From: Nitrospirota bacterium
GTDB taxonomy: Bacteria; UBA2233
Assembly (NCBI GenBank): GCA_011620345.1
Contig: WOZJ01000014.1
Span: 1 to 50,439 of the forward strand
Direction of reading: 5' to 3'
Length of the DNA: 50,439 nucleotides
Part shown: positions 18,616 through 29,563 of the stretch, piece after piece
Numbering within the stretch: position 1 is the first letter of the stretch
How the letters are laid out: each line of letters starts with the position of its first letter
Position numbers and translations under genes: made by a program
Notes under the pieces: generated by a model
The model's input: only the letters and a program-made list of their open reading frames with translations
Databases searched by the model: none
What the model was told of the DNA's origin: nothing

Positions 18616-20310
18616 ATGGCCATAAAGTTAGGGGCAGAGATGGTGTTAGAGGCGCTTCGCAAGGAGGGGGTGGAGGTCATTTTCGGCTACCCTGGCGGAG
18701 CGGTACTGCCTATTTATGATGCCTTGTACGATTCAGGGCTTCGCCACATCTTAGCAAGGCATGAGCAGGGCGCGGTTCACATGGCGGACGGGTTTGCCAG
18801 GGCTTCCGGGAGGGTGGGCGTTGCTCTCGTCACCTCTGGGCCGGGGGCTACGAACACCGTGACAGGGCTGGCAACGGCCTACATGGATTCGATCCCGGTC
18901 GTTGTCTTGACAGGGCAGGTCCCGACAAGCCTTATCGGCAACGATGCGTTCCAGGAGGCCGATACGGTCGGAATCACAAGGCCCGTGACCAAACACAACT
19001 ATCTCGTCAAAAGCATCAAGGATCTCCCGAGGATTCTCAAGGAAGCTTTTTATATCGCCTCCTCCGGCCGTCCAGGGCCCGTAGTGGTAGACCTCCCCAA
19101 GGATGTCGTTAGCTCGGAGGCCGAGTTCGAATACCCCGAAACGATCGCCCTGAGGAGCTATCGGCCAACCGTATGCGGGCACGTTGGACAAGTCAGGAAG
19201 GCGCTGGAGATGCTTTTTACCGCCAAAGCACCCGTGGTCTTCGTGGGCGGAGGGGTGATCCTCTCCAACGCCGCCGATCGGTTGACCCAGTTTGCAAGGC
19301 AGCTTGGTGTTCCTGTAACGATGTCGCTCATGGGGCTGGGCGGCTTTCCTGGCTCCGACCCTTTGAGCCTCGGTATGCTAGGCATGCACGGGACTTACCA
19401 GGCCAACATGGCCATCCAAAACTCAGACCTTATCTTCGCCGTCGGCCCGCGCTTTGACGACAGGGTCACTGGCAAGCTGGAGACGTTCGCCCCGAAGGCA
19501 AAGATCGTTCACATCGACGTTGACCCGACCTCGATCTCCAAGAGCATCCGCGTGGACATTCCCATCGTAGGCGATGCTAGGGCGGTGATGGGCCAGTTTT
19601 TAGAAGAGCTCGGACGGAACGAACCGCCAAAGGAGTATTTCGATCATCTCGGGCATTGGCGGGGCCGGATCGAAAACTGGAAGGCATTGCATGCGCTCGA
19701 TTACGACAGGAACGGAAGCCGAATTCGGTCTCAGTACGTCATCGAGACGCTCTACGACCTTACAGGCGGCGATGCCGTCGTGGCCACGGACGTCGGCCAG
19801 CACCAGATGTGGGTAGCCCAATTCTTCAAGTTTGACAAGCCTCGCACCCTCTTGACGTCCGGAGGCTTGGGGACGATGGGATTCGGATTTCCTGCCGCCT
19901 TGGGGGCCAAGATTGCCCGGCCGAACGAGACTGTCATTGCCATCAGCGGGGACGGGAGCATCCAGATGAACATCCAAGAGCTAATGACGGCCGTTCAGTA
20001 CGGAATCGACGTGAAGGTCGTCATCCTGAACAACAGCTTCCTTGGCATGGTCAGGCAATGGCAAGAGCTGTTCTACCGAAGCAGGTACGCGTCTTCTTGC
20101 ATGGCGATGGTTCCCGATTTCGTCAAGCTTGCCGAGGCTTACGGCGCGAAGGGTTTCAGCAGCGCCGCCCCTGAGGATGTCGTTCCGATTCTAAAAGAGG
20201 CGCTTGCCCACAAAGGGCCCGTCCTCATCGAGTTTCGAGTGGCCGAGGAGGACAACGTCTACCCGATGGTGCCTCCCGGTGGGAGCATCGGCGACATGCT
20301 GCTGGTATAA
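18616..20310 (+). CDS. ilvB: Acetolactate synthase large subunit
   Basis: FGYPGGAVLP, RHEQGA, TSGPGATN, DVGQHQMW, SGGLGTMG, GDGS...NN ThDP motif. Confidence 0.97.
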   Translation: MAIKLGAEMVLEALRKEGVEVIFGYPGGAVLPIYDALYDSGLRHILARHEQGAVHMADGFARASGRVGVALVTSGPGATNTVTGLATAYMDSIPVVVLTGQVPTSLIGNDAFQEADTVGITRPVTKHNYLVKSIKDLPRILKEAFYIASSGRPGPVVVDLPKDVVSSEAEFEYPETIALRSYRPTVCGHVGQVRKALEMLFTAKAPVVFVGGGVILSNAADRLTQFARQLGVPVTMSLMGLGGFPGSDPLSLGMLGMHGTYQANMAIQNSDLIFAVGPRFDDRVTGKLETFAPKAKIVHIDVDPTSISKSIRVDIPIVGDARAVMGQFLEELGRNEPPKEYFDHLGHWRGRIENWKALHALDYDRNGSRIRSQYVIETLYDLTGGDAVVATDVGQHQMWVAQFFKFDKPRTLLTSGGLGTMGFGFPAALGAKIARPNETVIAISGDGSIQMNIQELMTAVQYGIDVKVVILNNSFLGMVRQWQELFYRSRYASSCMAMVPDFVKLAEAYGAKGFSSAAPEDVVPILKEALAHKGPVLIEFRVAEEDNVYPMVPPGGSIGDMLLV

Positions 20311-20321
20311 GGAGGGGTTTT

Positions 20322-20834
20322 ATGGGCGCTGCAAACGGGCACAACAAAACACCAAGGAGGATTCTCAGTATCCTCGTGAACAACGAGTTTGGCGTACTGT
20401 CTAGAATTTCCGGGTTGTTCTCAGGCAGAGGGTTCAACATCGAGAGCCTTTGCGTGGCCGAAACGCTCGACCCGGAGGTCTCCAACATGACGATCGCTAC
20501 TTCTGGGGATGAGCAGATCATCGAGCAGATCATCAAGCACCTAAGAAAACTGATTCCCGTGATCAAGGTGACCGACTTGACAGAGCTCGCCTACGTGAGC
20601 AGGGAGATGGTGCTTGTAAAGGTGCATGCCGAGGGGGATGCCAGGGCCGAGGCGATGCGCCTTTCAGAGATCTTCCGGGGGAGGATCGTGGATGCCGCCC
20701 AGAAGAGCTTGACGATCGAGGTCACGGGCGACGATGAGAAAATTCAGGCTTTCTTGGATCTTATCCGGCCGTTGGGTGTAAAAGAGATCGCAAGGACGGG
20801 CAAGATCGCCATGGCCAGGGCACAAAAGGGCTAA
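20322..20834 (+). CDS. ilvN: Acetolactate synthase small subunit
   Basis: ILSILVNNEFGVLSRISGLFSGRGFNIESL ACT domain; EIARTG. Confidence 0.96.
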   Translation: MGAANGHNKTPRRILSILVNNEFGVLSRISGLFSGRGFNIESLCVAETLDPEVSNMTIATSGDEQIIEQIIKHLRKLIPVIKVTDLTELAYVSREMVLVKVHAEGDARAEAMRLSEIFRGRIVDAAQKSLTIEVTGDDEKIQAFLDLIRPLGVKEIARTGKIAMARAQKG

Positions 20835-20988
20835 CGCTGCGAAGTTGGGCGACTGAAGAGTAAAGATGCACAGGTGGGACAATCGTGCCCCGCGTTTGTG
20901 CAGGGCCGCTCTTCTTTGACGGGGCTAGAAAGCCTTTGACTCGGTGCTTTGGTGGAGCTTTGATAGAAATGGATGATGAAAGAAATAA

Positions 20989-22005
<1,017 letters not shown>

Positions 22006-22025
22006 GGCCGTTAGCCAAGCACGTA

Positions 22026-22667
22026 ATGGGTGTTCGTATTCTTAAAGAAGGGATTCTGCTTGCCCTTCCGTTGATCGTGATCGGGGCGTACCTAGGGGCG
22101 GGTGCGCCGTTCGAGGCGGCTGTATCGTTCGCGGTAGCCGGGTTTATCCTGTTCTTTTACAGGGATCCAGTCAGGCAAGTTCGTCCGGTGGAAGGTGCCA
22201 TGCTTGCCCCCTCGGACGGGACCGTGCTTGAGATCCAGGAGGAAACCTCTCTTCTGGGGGAAACATGCTGGCGCGTGGGGGTTTTTCTTTCCGTGTTCGA
22301 TGCGCACGTGAACCGCTCGCCTATAGAGGCCACGCTCGTTCGCCGCTCCTACACGAAGGGTAAGTTCCTTCCCGCGTTTTTGGGGAGGGCAGGCTTAAGA
22401 AACGAGCGGATGGAGTATAATTTAATAGACAAGGCAGGCGAAGCGGTCCTGGTCACCCAGGTTGCCGGCTTTCTTGCAAGAAGAATCGTGAGTTTCGTCA
22501 AGGAAGGTCAAGACGTTGCACAGGGCCAAAAGATCGGGTTTATCCGGTTTGGTTCAAAGGTCGAGGTCAAGGTCCCGGGGAGTTACCGGCTTCTTGTGCG
22601 AAAGGGGCAGAAGTTAAAGGCGGGGAAAAGTGTCATTGCCGTCCGCGAGGTCTCGAGTAGGGTTTAA
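22026..22667 (+). CDS. psd: Phosphatidylserine decarboxylase (type A proenzyme)
   Basis: FFYRDP.R, APSDG, FLSVFDAHVNRSP, NER, QVAG..ARRI, GFIRFGS self-cleavage site. Confidence 0.92.
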   Translation: MGVRILKEGILLALPLIVIGAYLGAGAPFEAAVSFAVAGFILFFYRDPVRQVRPVEGAMLAPSDGTVLEIQEETSLLGETCWRVGVFLSVFDAHVNRSPIEATLVRRSYTKGKFLPAFLGRAGLRNERMEYNLIDKAGEAVLVTQVAGFLARRIVSFVKEGQDVAQGQKIGFIRFGSKVEVKVPGSYRLLVRKGQKLKAGKSVIAVREVSSRV

Positions 22668-23493
22668 AGAGTTCATACCAAACGCCGTAACATTGGCGGG
22701 GCTTTGCTTGGGGTGCCTGAGTCTTTTGCTCGCCTGGGAAGGAAAGACCCTGGAATCAGGCCTGGTCATCCTCCTTGCCGGTGTCTTCGACGGGCTTGAT
22801 GGTCGCATCGCCCGTGCAATCGGTGTACAGAGCGAGCTCGGAAAAGAGCTCGACTCGTTAAGCGATTTGGTTTGCTTTGGCGTGGCGCCGGCCTTTTTGA
22901 TGGCGGCATCCGGGGTTTGGCGTTTAGGGCTGCTCGGGTTCTTCGGGATGTTTGTCTATATCGCCTGTGGCGCGTTCCGCCTTGCGCGTTTCAACCTTGA
23001 GCATCTCCACGACCCAAGCACTTTCTTCAGCGGGCTTCCGATTCCGATGGCAGGAGGGCTTCTGGCAAGCCTTGCCATCCTTAAGGGAGGCGGAAATCCC
23101 GTGCTTGCTTCTCCGGAAAGCCTCCTTGGGTTCCTTCTCATCCTAGGGGCGCTCATGGTCTCCAGGGTTCCGTTCCCAAGCATCAAGAAAGCGTCCATCG
23201 GAGCGTTGTTTAGACCCCGAATGCTTCTTGCAGGGATTCTATTGGCGGCTTTTGGCCTGGCATGGCCCTATGCGCTGCCCTTCTTGTTGTGCCTTGGCTA
23301 TCTGTTCATCGGTCTAGGGAGGCTTTTCTTGGCGGAACTTGCGGATCGCAACCAGAAGGCGAGGGTTTTGTCGTTTCAAGACAGGCCGAAGGGTTCGGCT
23401 TCAACGCGTCCCAAGAAAGGACCACCTTCGAGCGAGCGGAAGCATGTATTTAAGCTGATCCGCCTACGAAAGGACGAGGGAAGGGGAGCATGA
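22630..23493 (+). CDS. pssA: CDP-diacylglycerol--serine O-phosphatidyltransferase
   Basis: IPNAVT, DGLDGRIAR...G.ELDSLSDLVCFGVAP, RLARFN, FFSGLPIP; start uncertain (22630 or 22636). Confidence 0.92.
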   Translation: MSLPSARSRVGFKEFIPNAVTLAGLCLGCLSLLLAWEGKTLESGLVILLAGVFDGLDGRIARAIGVQSELGKELDSLSDLVCFGVAPAFLMAASGVWRLGLLGFFGMFVYIACGAFRLARFNLEHLHDPSTFFSGLPIPMAGGLLASLAILKGGGNPVLASPESLLGFLLILGALMVSRVPFPSIKKASIGALFRPRMLLAGILLAAFGLAWPYALPFLLCLGYLFIGLGRLFLAELADRNQKARVLSFQDRPKGSASTRPKKGPPSSERKHVFKLIRLRKDEGRGA

Positions 23494-25049
23494 GCGAACA
23501 AGATAGGGTTTATATCTTCGATACAACCCTGCGTGACGGGGAGCAATCGCCCGGTGCAAGCATGACGTTCCAAGAAAAGCTCCTTATGGCGAGAAAGCTT
23601 GAGGAGCTGGGCGTAGACTGCATCGAGGCGGGGTTTCCGATCGCCTCGGAAGGCGATTTCGAGGCCGTTTCGAAGATTGCCAGGGAGGTTGAGGCCCCCG
23701 TTGTCGTCGGGCTGGCCAGGACAAACCGGGCCGATATTGAACAGGCGGCCAGGGCGCTCGAAGGGGCCAAGATGCCGAGGGTACACGTGTTCATCGCAAC
23801 CAGCCCGATCCACCGCAAGGCCAAGCTCAAGAAGGACAAGGCTCAGGTGTTGGAGGCCATCGCAAGCGCTGTTACGCTCGCCAAGTCTTACGTGGGCGAC
23901 GTCGAGTTCAGCGCCGAGGATGCCACCCGTACAGAGTGGGATTTTCTAAGGGAAGCGTTCGAATGCGCCATTGCCTCGGGGGCAAGCGTCATCAACGTAC
24001 CCGATACGGTTGGCTATAGCGTTCCCGAAGAATACCGCTCGCTCATCGCCTACTTGAAGGCCAATGTGCCCGGCGCGGGAGGCGTGATGTTTTCGACCCA
24101 TTGCCACGACGATCTTGGGCTTGCCGTGTCCAACTCTTTGGCCGGCATTCTAGGGGGGGCAAGGCAGGTGGAAGGCGCGCTCTTGGGAATCGGCGAAAGG
24201 GCCGGGAACGCCTCCATCGAAGAGGTTGTCATGGCCATCAAGATGCGGGGAGATGTCCTTCCTTTCTATACTGAGGTCAATACCTGCCAGATCTACCCCG
24301 CCTGCAAACTGCTTTCGCAGATTACGGGGATTCCGATCCCGATCAACAAAAGCATCGTCGGGGCGAACGCGTTCGCTCATGAAGCTGGCATTCACCAAGA
24401 CGGCGTGCTCAAGGATGTGCTTACGTACGAAATCATGAACCCCGCCGATGTCGGAATTCCGGGGAATGCGTTGATTTTGGGGAAGCACTCCGGGCGCCAT
24501 GCCCTCAAAAACAAAATTGAAGGGATGGGCTTTAGGCTTACCGAGGATGAGCTTGGACGCGTGTTCAAGCGCTTCAAGGCGTTGGCGGACGAAAAAAAGC
24601 AGGTATTTGACGAGGACATCGAGACGCTCGTCACGGAAGAGCTAAGAAGGGCCGACCAGGAAGGGGCCGAGGAAGCGTTTGTTTTGAAGTACCTCCAGGT
24701 GACTTCGGGCAGCATGAGCATCCCGACGGCTACGGTGACGATGGCGGTCCGGGGCGAAGAGTGTAGGGAGGCAGGGTTTGGCGATGGGATGGTCGATGCA
24801 ACCTACAAGACGATCGCCCGCATGGTCGGGACCAGCTCCGAGCTCGTCCGCTACCAGGTGAACGCGATTACCGGCGGAACGGACGCCCAAGGCGTGGTAA
24901 GCGTTACAATCAAGGAGGGCTCGTCCACGGCGACGGGGAAGGGGGCGCACACGGACATCATCATGGCGTCTGCGCTCGCTTACATCAACGCCCTCAACAG
25001 GATCGAGCGGATGAAGGCCAGGAAGGCTGCCTCACCGCTTAACCCTTAG
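23490..25049 (+). CDS. leuA: 2-isopropylmalate synthase
   Basis: FDTTLRDGEQSPG, HCHDDLGLA, GERAGNA, AFAHEAGIHQDG, GKHSGRHA, C-terminal regulatory domain. Confidence 0.96.
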   Translation: MSEQDRVYIFDTTLRDGEQSPGASMTFQEKLLMARKLEELGVDCIEAGFPIASEGDFEAVSKIAREVEAPVVVGLARTNRADIEQAARALEGAKMPRVHVFIATSPIHRKAKLKKDKAQVLEAIASAVTLAKSYVGDVEFSAEDATRTEWDFLREAFECAIASGASVINVPDTVGYSVPEEYRSLIAYLKANVPGAGGVMFSTHCHDDLGLAVSNSLAGILGGARQVEGALLGIGERAGNASIEEVVMAIKMRGDVLPFYTEVNTCQIYPACKLLSQITGIPIPINKSIVGANAFAHEAGIHQDGVLKDVLTYEIMNPADVGIPGNALILGKHSGRHALKNKIEGMGFRLTEDELGRVFKRFKALADEKKQVFDEDIETLVTEELRRADQEGAEEAFVLKYLQVTSGSMSIPTATVTMAVRGEECREAGFGDGMVDATYKTIARMVGTSSELVRYQVNAITGGTDAQGVVSVTIKEGSSTATGKGAHTDIIMASALAYINALNRIERMKARKAASPLNP

Positions 25050-25087
25050 CTTTGCTGTTTCATGATGCAAATCGAGAAGGATCAATA

Positions 25088-26350
25088 ATGGGCATGACCA
25101 TCACGGAAAAAATTCTCGCGGCCCACTCGGGGAATAAGCAGGTTCGGCCAGACGACCTGATCATGGCCAAGGTCGATTTTGTCATGGGCAACGACGTAAC
25201 GGCCCCTTTGGCCATCAGTCAGCTCAAGAAGTATGGTCTCGGAGGCGTGTTCGACCTAAGCCGGGTTGCGCTCGTTCCTTCGCACTTTTCCCCCCCAAAG
25301 GACATTAAGGCCGCAAACAACGTCCGCGTGCTCCGTGAGTTCGCCAAAGAAAAGGGGATTGTAAATTTTTTTGAGCTTGGCGCTGCGGGAATTGAGCATG
25401 CTCTCCTTCCCGAGCAGGGCCTTGTGTTGCCCGGAGATTTGGTGATCGGGGCGGACAGCCATACCTGTACGTACGGGGCGCTGGGGGCCTTTTCGACTGG
25501 CGTCGGCTCGACAGATCTGGCCTATGCCATCGCGATGGGCGAAGTTTGGCTCAAGGTGCCCCCGTCTCTGAAGTTTTGCTACGAGGGCAAACGGCAACCC
25601 TACGTTTACGGAAAGGATCTGATTCTGTACACGATCGGCCATGTCGGTGTAGACGGCGCGCTGTACTGTGCGATGGAGTTTGTGGGCGGGGTGATCGAGT
25701 CCATGTCGATTCAAGAGCGGCTTACGATGTGCAATATGGCTATCGAGGCGGGGGGTAAGTCCGGCATCATCTCGCCCGATGCCACTACAGAGGCTTTTGT
25801 CAAGCCTAGGGCCAAGCGTCCTTACTCGTTCTACGCATCCGATGAAGACGCTGAATACGAACGGATTTACGAGTTCTGCGTAGACGGTATCGAGCCTCAA
25901 GTGGCGCTACCGAACCTTCCAAGCAACGCCTGCCCGATCTCAGAGGTGGGAGAGGTAAAGATTGACCAGGCGTTCCTTGGTTCTTGCACGAACGGGTGCC
26001 TCGAGGACCTCGAGATCGGCGCGAAGGTGATCAAAGGAAAGAGGGTCCACTCGGACGTCCGGCTGATCGTTATCCCCGCAACTCCTACGATTTATAAGGA
26101 TGCGATGGAAAAGGGCATACTAAAAACCTTCCTGGAAGCCGGCGCAGTCGTGAGCACGCCCACCTGCGGGCCATGCTTGGGGGGTTATATGGGAGTACTA
26201 GGCGACGGGGAAAAGGCGGTTTCCTCGTCTAACAGGAACTTTGTGGGAAGGATGGGCTCGCCAAAGAGCGAAGTGTACCTAGCGAACCCGGCCGTCGTGG
26301 CTGCGAGCGCGGTTGCCGGAAAGATCGTCCATCCGGACGACGTACAATGA
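25088..26350 (+). CDS. leuC: 3-isopropylmalate dehydratase large subunit (short type)
   Basis: MTITEKILA, ADSHTCTYGALG, GSCTNG, CGPCLGG, SNRNFVGRMG. Confidence 0.94.
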   Translation: MGMTITEKILAAHSGNKQVRPDDLIMAKVDFVMGNDVTAPLAISQLKKYGLGGVFDLSRVALVPSHFSPPKDIKAANNVRVLREFAKEKGIVNFFELGAAGIEHALLPEQGLVLPGDLVIGADSHTCTYGALGAFSTGVGSTDLAYAIAMGEVWLKVPPSLKFCYEGKRQPYVYGKDLILYTIGHVGVDGALYCAMEFVGGVIESMSIQERLTMCNMAIEAGGKSGIISPDATTEAFVKPRAKRPYSFYASDEDAEYERIYEFCVDGIEPQVALPNLPSNACPISEVGEVKIDQAFLGSCTNGCLEDLEIGAKVIKGKRVHSDVRLIVIPATPTIYKDAMEKGILKTFLEAGAVVSTPTCGPCLGGYMGVLGDGEKAVSSSNRNFVGRMGSPKSEVYLANPAVVAASAVAGKIVHPDDVQ

Positions 26351-26363
26351 AGAAGGAGGAACG

Positions 26364-26867
26364 ATGACCACCCAAGGACGGGTCTGGGTGTTCGGTGACA
26401 ACATCGATACGGACGGGATCATTCCCGCGCGTTATCTGACGACGTTCGACGCCAAGGAGCTTGGAGCTCATTGCATGGAAGACGTAGACCCCGAATTTTC
26501 CTCGAAAGTCAAGCCTGGAGACGTTCTTGTAGCCGGCAAGAACTTCGGCTGCGGGTCTTCGAGGGAGCACGCCGTGCTTGCTATCAAAGGGGCTGGGATT
26601 GCCGCGGTCTTGGCCGAGTCGTTCGCCAGGATTTTCTTTCGGAATGCGATCAACACGGGCCTTCTAGTTTTGGAGGCCGACGGGGTTCGAGGTGTTTTTG
26701 ACACCGGGGATACCGTTAGGGTGGATGTCAAATCTGGGACAATCGTGAACGAAACCAAAGGCCGTTCGTTAACGGCAAAACCGGTCCCCGCCTTTATCCA
26801 GGAAATCCTGGATGCGGGCGGGCTTATGGAGTATGCCAAGAAGAAACTCCAGACCGATGCTAGGTAG
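26364..26867 (+). CDS. leuD: 3-isopropylmalate dehydratase small subunit
   Basis: FGDNIDTDGIIPARY, NFGCGSSREHA, SFARIFFRNAIN; ATG after GGAGGA. Confidence 0.94.
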   Translation: MTTQGRVWVFGDNIDTDGIIPARYLTTFDAKELGAHCMEDVDPEFSSKVKPGDVLVAGKNFGCGSSREHAVLAIKGAGIAAVLAESFARIFFRNAINTGLLVLEADGVRGVFDTGDTVRVDVKSGTIVNETKGRSLTAKPVPAFIQEILDAGGLMEYAKKKLQTDAR

Positions 26868-27318
26868 AACTCACTTAGCTTGCGGGGTGTTGCTCTGCTC
26901 TCTACGCTTTCATGGGCCCGCGGAGGTAGGAGCATGTCTTTTTGGGAGCCTTCTGCCCGACTTGGACCACCCTCGCTCGTTCATTGGGGGGCGTCTGCGG
27001 CCTGTCTCGGGCTTTTTGTACGCTATCGCCGGCCACAGGGGAGCGTTCCATTCTTTGTGTGCCCTCCTCATCGTTGTTTGCGGGCTTTGGCGGCTGCTCC
27101 CCAATGACGTATCGCTTGCCTTGGCGGCAGGGTTTGGGCTTCACCTGGCATTGGACCTATTGACCCAAAAAGGAATCCCTTTACTATGGCCGTTTTCGAG
27201 GGCGCGCTTGGGAATTGGCCTTATCAGAACTGGCGGCGTGGCCGATAGACTGCTTGGGCTTTTGGCTTTCTCCTACGGGTTCTTCGTGATCGGCAGACAT
27301 TGGGTTTCTGTGGGATAG
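26857..27318 (+). CDS. YdjM-family membrane-bound metal-dependent hydrolase
   Basis: MLGRTH, GSLLPDLDHP.S, GHRGAFHS, HLALDLLT..GIPLLWP. Confidence 0.88.
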   Translation: MLGRTHLACGVLLCSLRFHGPAEVGACLFGSLLPDLDHPRSFIGGRLRPVSGFLYAIAGHRGAFHSLCALLIVVCGLWRLLPNDVSLALAAGFGLHLALDLLTQKGIPLLWPFSRARLGIGLIRTGGVADRLLGLLAFSYGFFVIGRHWVSVG

Positions 27319-27362
27319 GTCGGTATGGGGACATCAATCGCATTTTTGGAGGGCTTTTGTCT

Positions 27363-28475
27363 ATGAAACACGCACGGCTCGTGGCGTTTCCTGGGGATGG
27401 GATCGGGCCGGAAGTCATGGAGGAGGGGTTTCGCATCCTTAGCCTACTCAAGGGGCGGGGTGTGATCGAACTCGAAGTGCAAACGTTCCCTATTGGCGGG
27501 GCTTCCCTGGACCGCTTCGGGGTTCCTTTGACCCAGGAAGCGTTGGACGCGGCGCTGCAGGCGGATGCCGTCCTGCTCGGCGCGATCGGTGGGCCAAAGT
27601 GGGACAAGGTTGAGTTCGCCTTGAGGCCGGAGGCGGCCCTGCTGGAGCTGCGCAAATCGCTCGAAGTTTTTTGTAATTTAAGGCCTGTCAAGGTGTTCGC
27701 AGGGCTCGAGAGCCTCTCCCCCATCAAAGAATGGCGAATCCGGGGTGTCGACCTTCTGCTTGTTCGGGAGCTTACTTCGGGCCTATATTTTGGCTCCCCA
27801 AAGGGGATTTTTACCGATCCTGAAACGAACGAGCCTTACGGTGTCAACACGCTCGTGTACAGAAAGCACGAGGTCGAGCGCTTGGCGAAGCTAGGGTTTG
27901 AGCTGGCCTTGGCAAGAAAAGGAAAGGTGACGAACGTCGATAAGGCCAACGTTCTCGAAAGCTCCAGGTTTTGGCGAGGCGTCGTTGAAGAGGTGCACGC
28001 ATCCTTTCGGGGTGTCGCGCTGGACCATCTGCTTGTCGATGCGGCGGCCATGCGCATCATCCTTTCTCCTTCCCAGTTTGACGTGCTCATCACGACAAAC
28101 ATGTTCGGAGATATCCTGACGGACGAGGCGGCCTGCATTGTGGGCTCGATCGGCCTTCTGCCGTCTGCCAGCCTTGGTGAACGGCTCAATACGCTTGCTG
28201 AACGCAGCGGGTTCTACGAGCCCATCCATGGGAGCGCTCCGGACATCGCGGGCAAAGGCCTGGCAAACCCGTCCGCCATGATCCTAAGCGTGGCCATGAT
28301 GCTCGAGATGAGCCTAGGAGAGGCAAGCCTAGCAAAGAAGCTTGCCGAAAGTGTTGAACTCGTGCTGAAGGAAGGGCACAGGACCAAAGACTTAACCTCG
28401 GACAACGAGGCCTATCTCAAGACAAGCGAATTTGGCGAAAATGTTGAGCACGCCTTCCGGAAGGCCCTTGGATAG
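27363..28475 (+). CDS. leuB: 3-isopropylmalate dehydrogenase
   Basis: PGDGIGPEV, GAIGGPKWD, NLRP, VRELTSGLYFG, DKANVL, NMFGDILTD, YEPIHGSAPDIAG. Confidence 0.96.
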   Translation: MKHARLVAFPGDGIGPEVMEEGFRILSLLKGRGVIELEVQTFPIGGASLDRFGVPLTQEALDAALQADAVLLGAIGGPKWDKVEFALRPEAALLELRKSLEVFCNLRPVKVFAGLESLSPIKEWRIRGVDLLLVRELTSGLYFGSPKGIFTDPETNEPYGVNTLVYRKHEVERLAKLGFELALARKGKVTNVDKANVLESSRFWRGVVEEVHASFRGVALDHLLVDAAAMRIILSPSQFDVLITTNMFGDILTDEAACIVGSIGLLPSASLGERLNTLAERSGFYEPIHGSAPDIAGKGLANPSAMILSVAMMLEMSLGEASLAKKLAESVELVLKEGHRTKDLTSDNEAYLKTSEFGENVEHAFRKALG

Positions 28476-28516
28476 CCTAGGGCTCTTGGATGGCTTTTGA
28501 AGTGAGGGTAGGGGTG

Positions 28517-29557
28517 ATGAAAGGAAAAAAATCGTTTCGTGTAGCAATCGCCGGGGCGACGGGCGCTGTGGGTCAGATGATGCTCAAGGTTCTCGAAGAA
28601 AGGAGCTTTCCCGTCTCCGAGCTGGTTCCGTTGGCCTCGGTAAGGTCGGCGGGGAAGTATGTTCTCTTTCAAGGAGAGCGTATACCCGTAGCCGAGCTGA
28701 CACACGCCAGCTTTCGGGGGGTGGACGTGGCGCTGTTCTCTGCCGGTGCGTCCAGAAGTCTGGAGTTCGTGCCAGCCGCCGTGGAGTCGGGTGCCGTCGT
28801 TGTCGATAACTCGTCTGCGTACCGGATGGACCCGGACATCCCCCTCGTCGTACCGGAAGTCAACCCGGAAGACGTCGCCCTCTACAAGAAAAAGGGCGTC
28901 ATTGCCAACCCTAACTGTACGACGATCATCTTTGTTGTTCCCTTAAAGCCGCTCCACGACGCTTTCGGCGCCGAACGTGTGGTGATTTCGAGCTACCAGG
29001 CTGTCTCCGGGGCGGGGGCTAAGGCGATGGAAGAGCTAAGGCACCAAGTGCTAGCCTTTGGCCGTGGTCAAGACCCTAAATCCCTGCCGTCCGAGGTATT
29101 TCCCTACCCGATCGCGTTTAATGTGATTCCTCACATAGATGCCTTCTTGGAGAACGGCTACACCAAGGAAGAAATGAAGGCTCACAACGAAACACGAAAG
29201 ATGTTCCACTCGGATACGCTCGCCGTCAGCGCGACATGCGTTCGTGTCCCCGTCATGCAAGCGCACGCCGTGTCCGTCCATGCCGAGTTTGCAAGGGACT
29301 TTTCGCTGGAGGAGGCCAGAAGGGTCCTTGCCAAGGCCCCTTTCGTCGAACTCGAGGACGAGCCTAAGAGCAAACGTTACCCTATGCCTTTGTTTGCAGC
29401 AGGCCGGGATGCCTGTTTTGTGGGAAGGATAAGGAAAGACATCTGCCATGACCGTGCGCTCAACTTCTTCGTCGTTGGCGACCAGCTAAGGAAGGGGGCG
29501 GCGCTCAACGCCGTACAGATCGCAGAGATCTTGGCCAAGGAACACCTGCAAGGCTAA
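28517..29557 (+). CDS. asd: Aspartate-semialdehyde dehydrogenase
   Basis: GATGAVG, DNSSAYRM, IANPNCTT, YQAVSGAG, ATCVRVPV, RKGAALNAVQIAE. Confidence 0.97.
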   Translation: MKGKKSFRVAIAGATGAVGQMMLKVLEERSFPVSELVPLASVRSAGKYVLFQGERIPVAELTHASFRGVDVALFSAGASRSLEFVPAAVESGAVVVDNSSAYRMDPDIPLVVPEVNPEDVALYKKKGVIANPNCTTIIFVVPLKPLHDAFGAERVVISSYQAVSGAGAKAMEELRHQVLAFGRGQDPKSLPSEVFPYPIAFNVIPHIDAFLENGYTKEEMKAHNETRKMFHSDTLAVSATCVRVPVMQAHAVSVHAEFARDFSLEEARRVLAKAPFVELEDEPKSKRYPMPLFAAGRDACFVGRIRKDICHDRALNFFVVGDQLRKGAALNAVQIAEILAKEHLQG

Positions 29558-29563
29558 GGGCAG

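Noticed and set aside
22026..23493. psd-pssA inside the ilv-leu operon as a novelty
   Set aside because: I recall this as a common arrangement in deltaproteobacterial genomes
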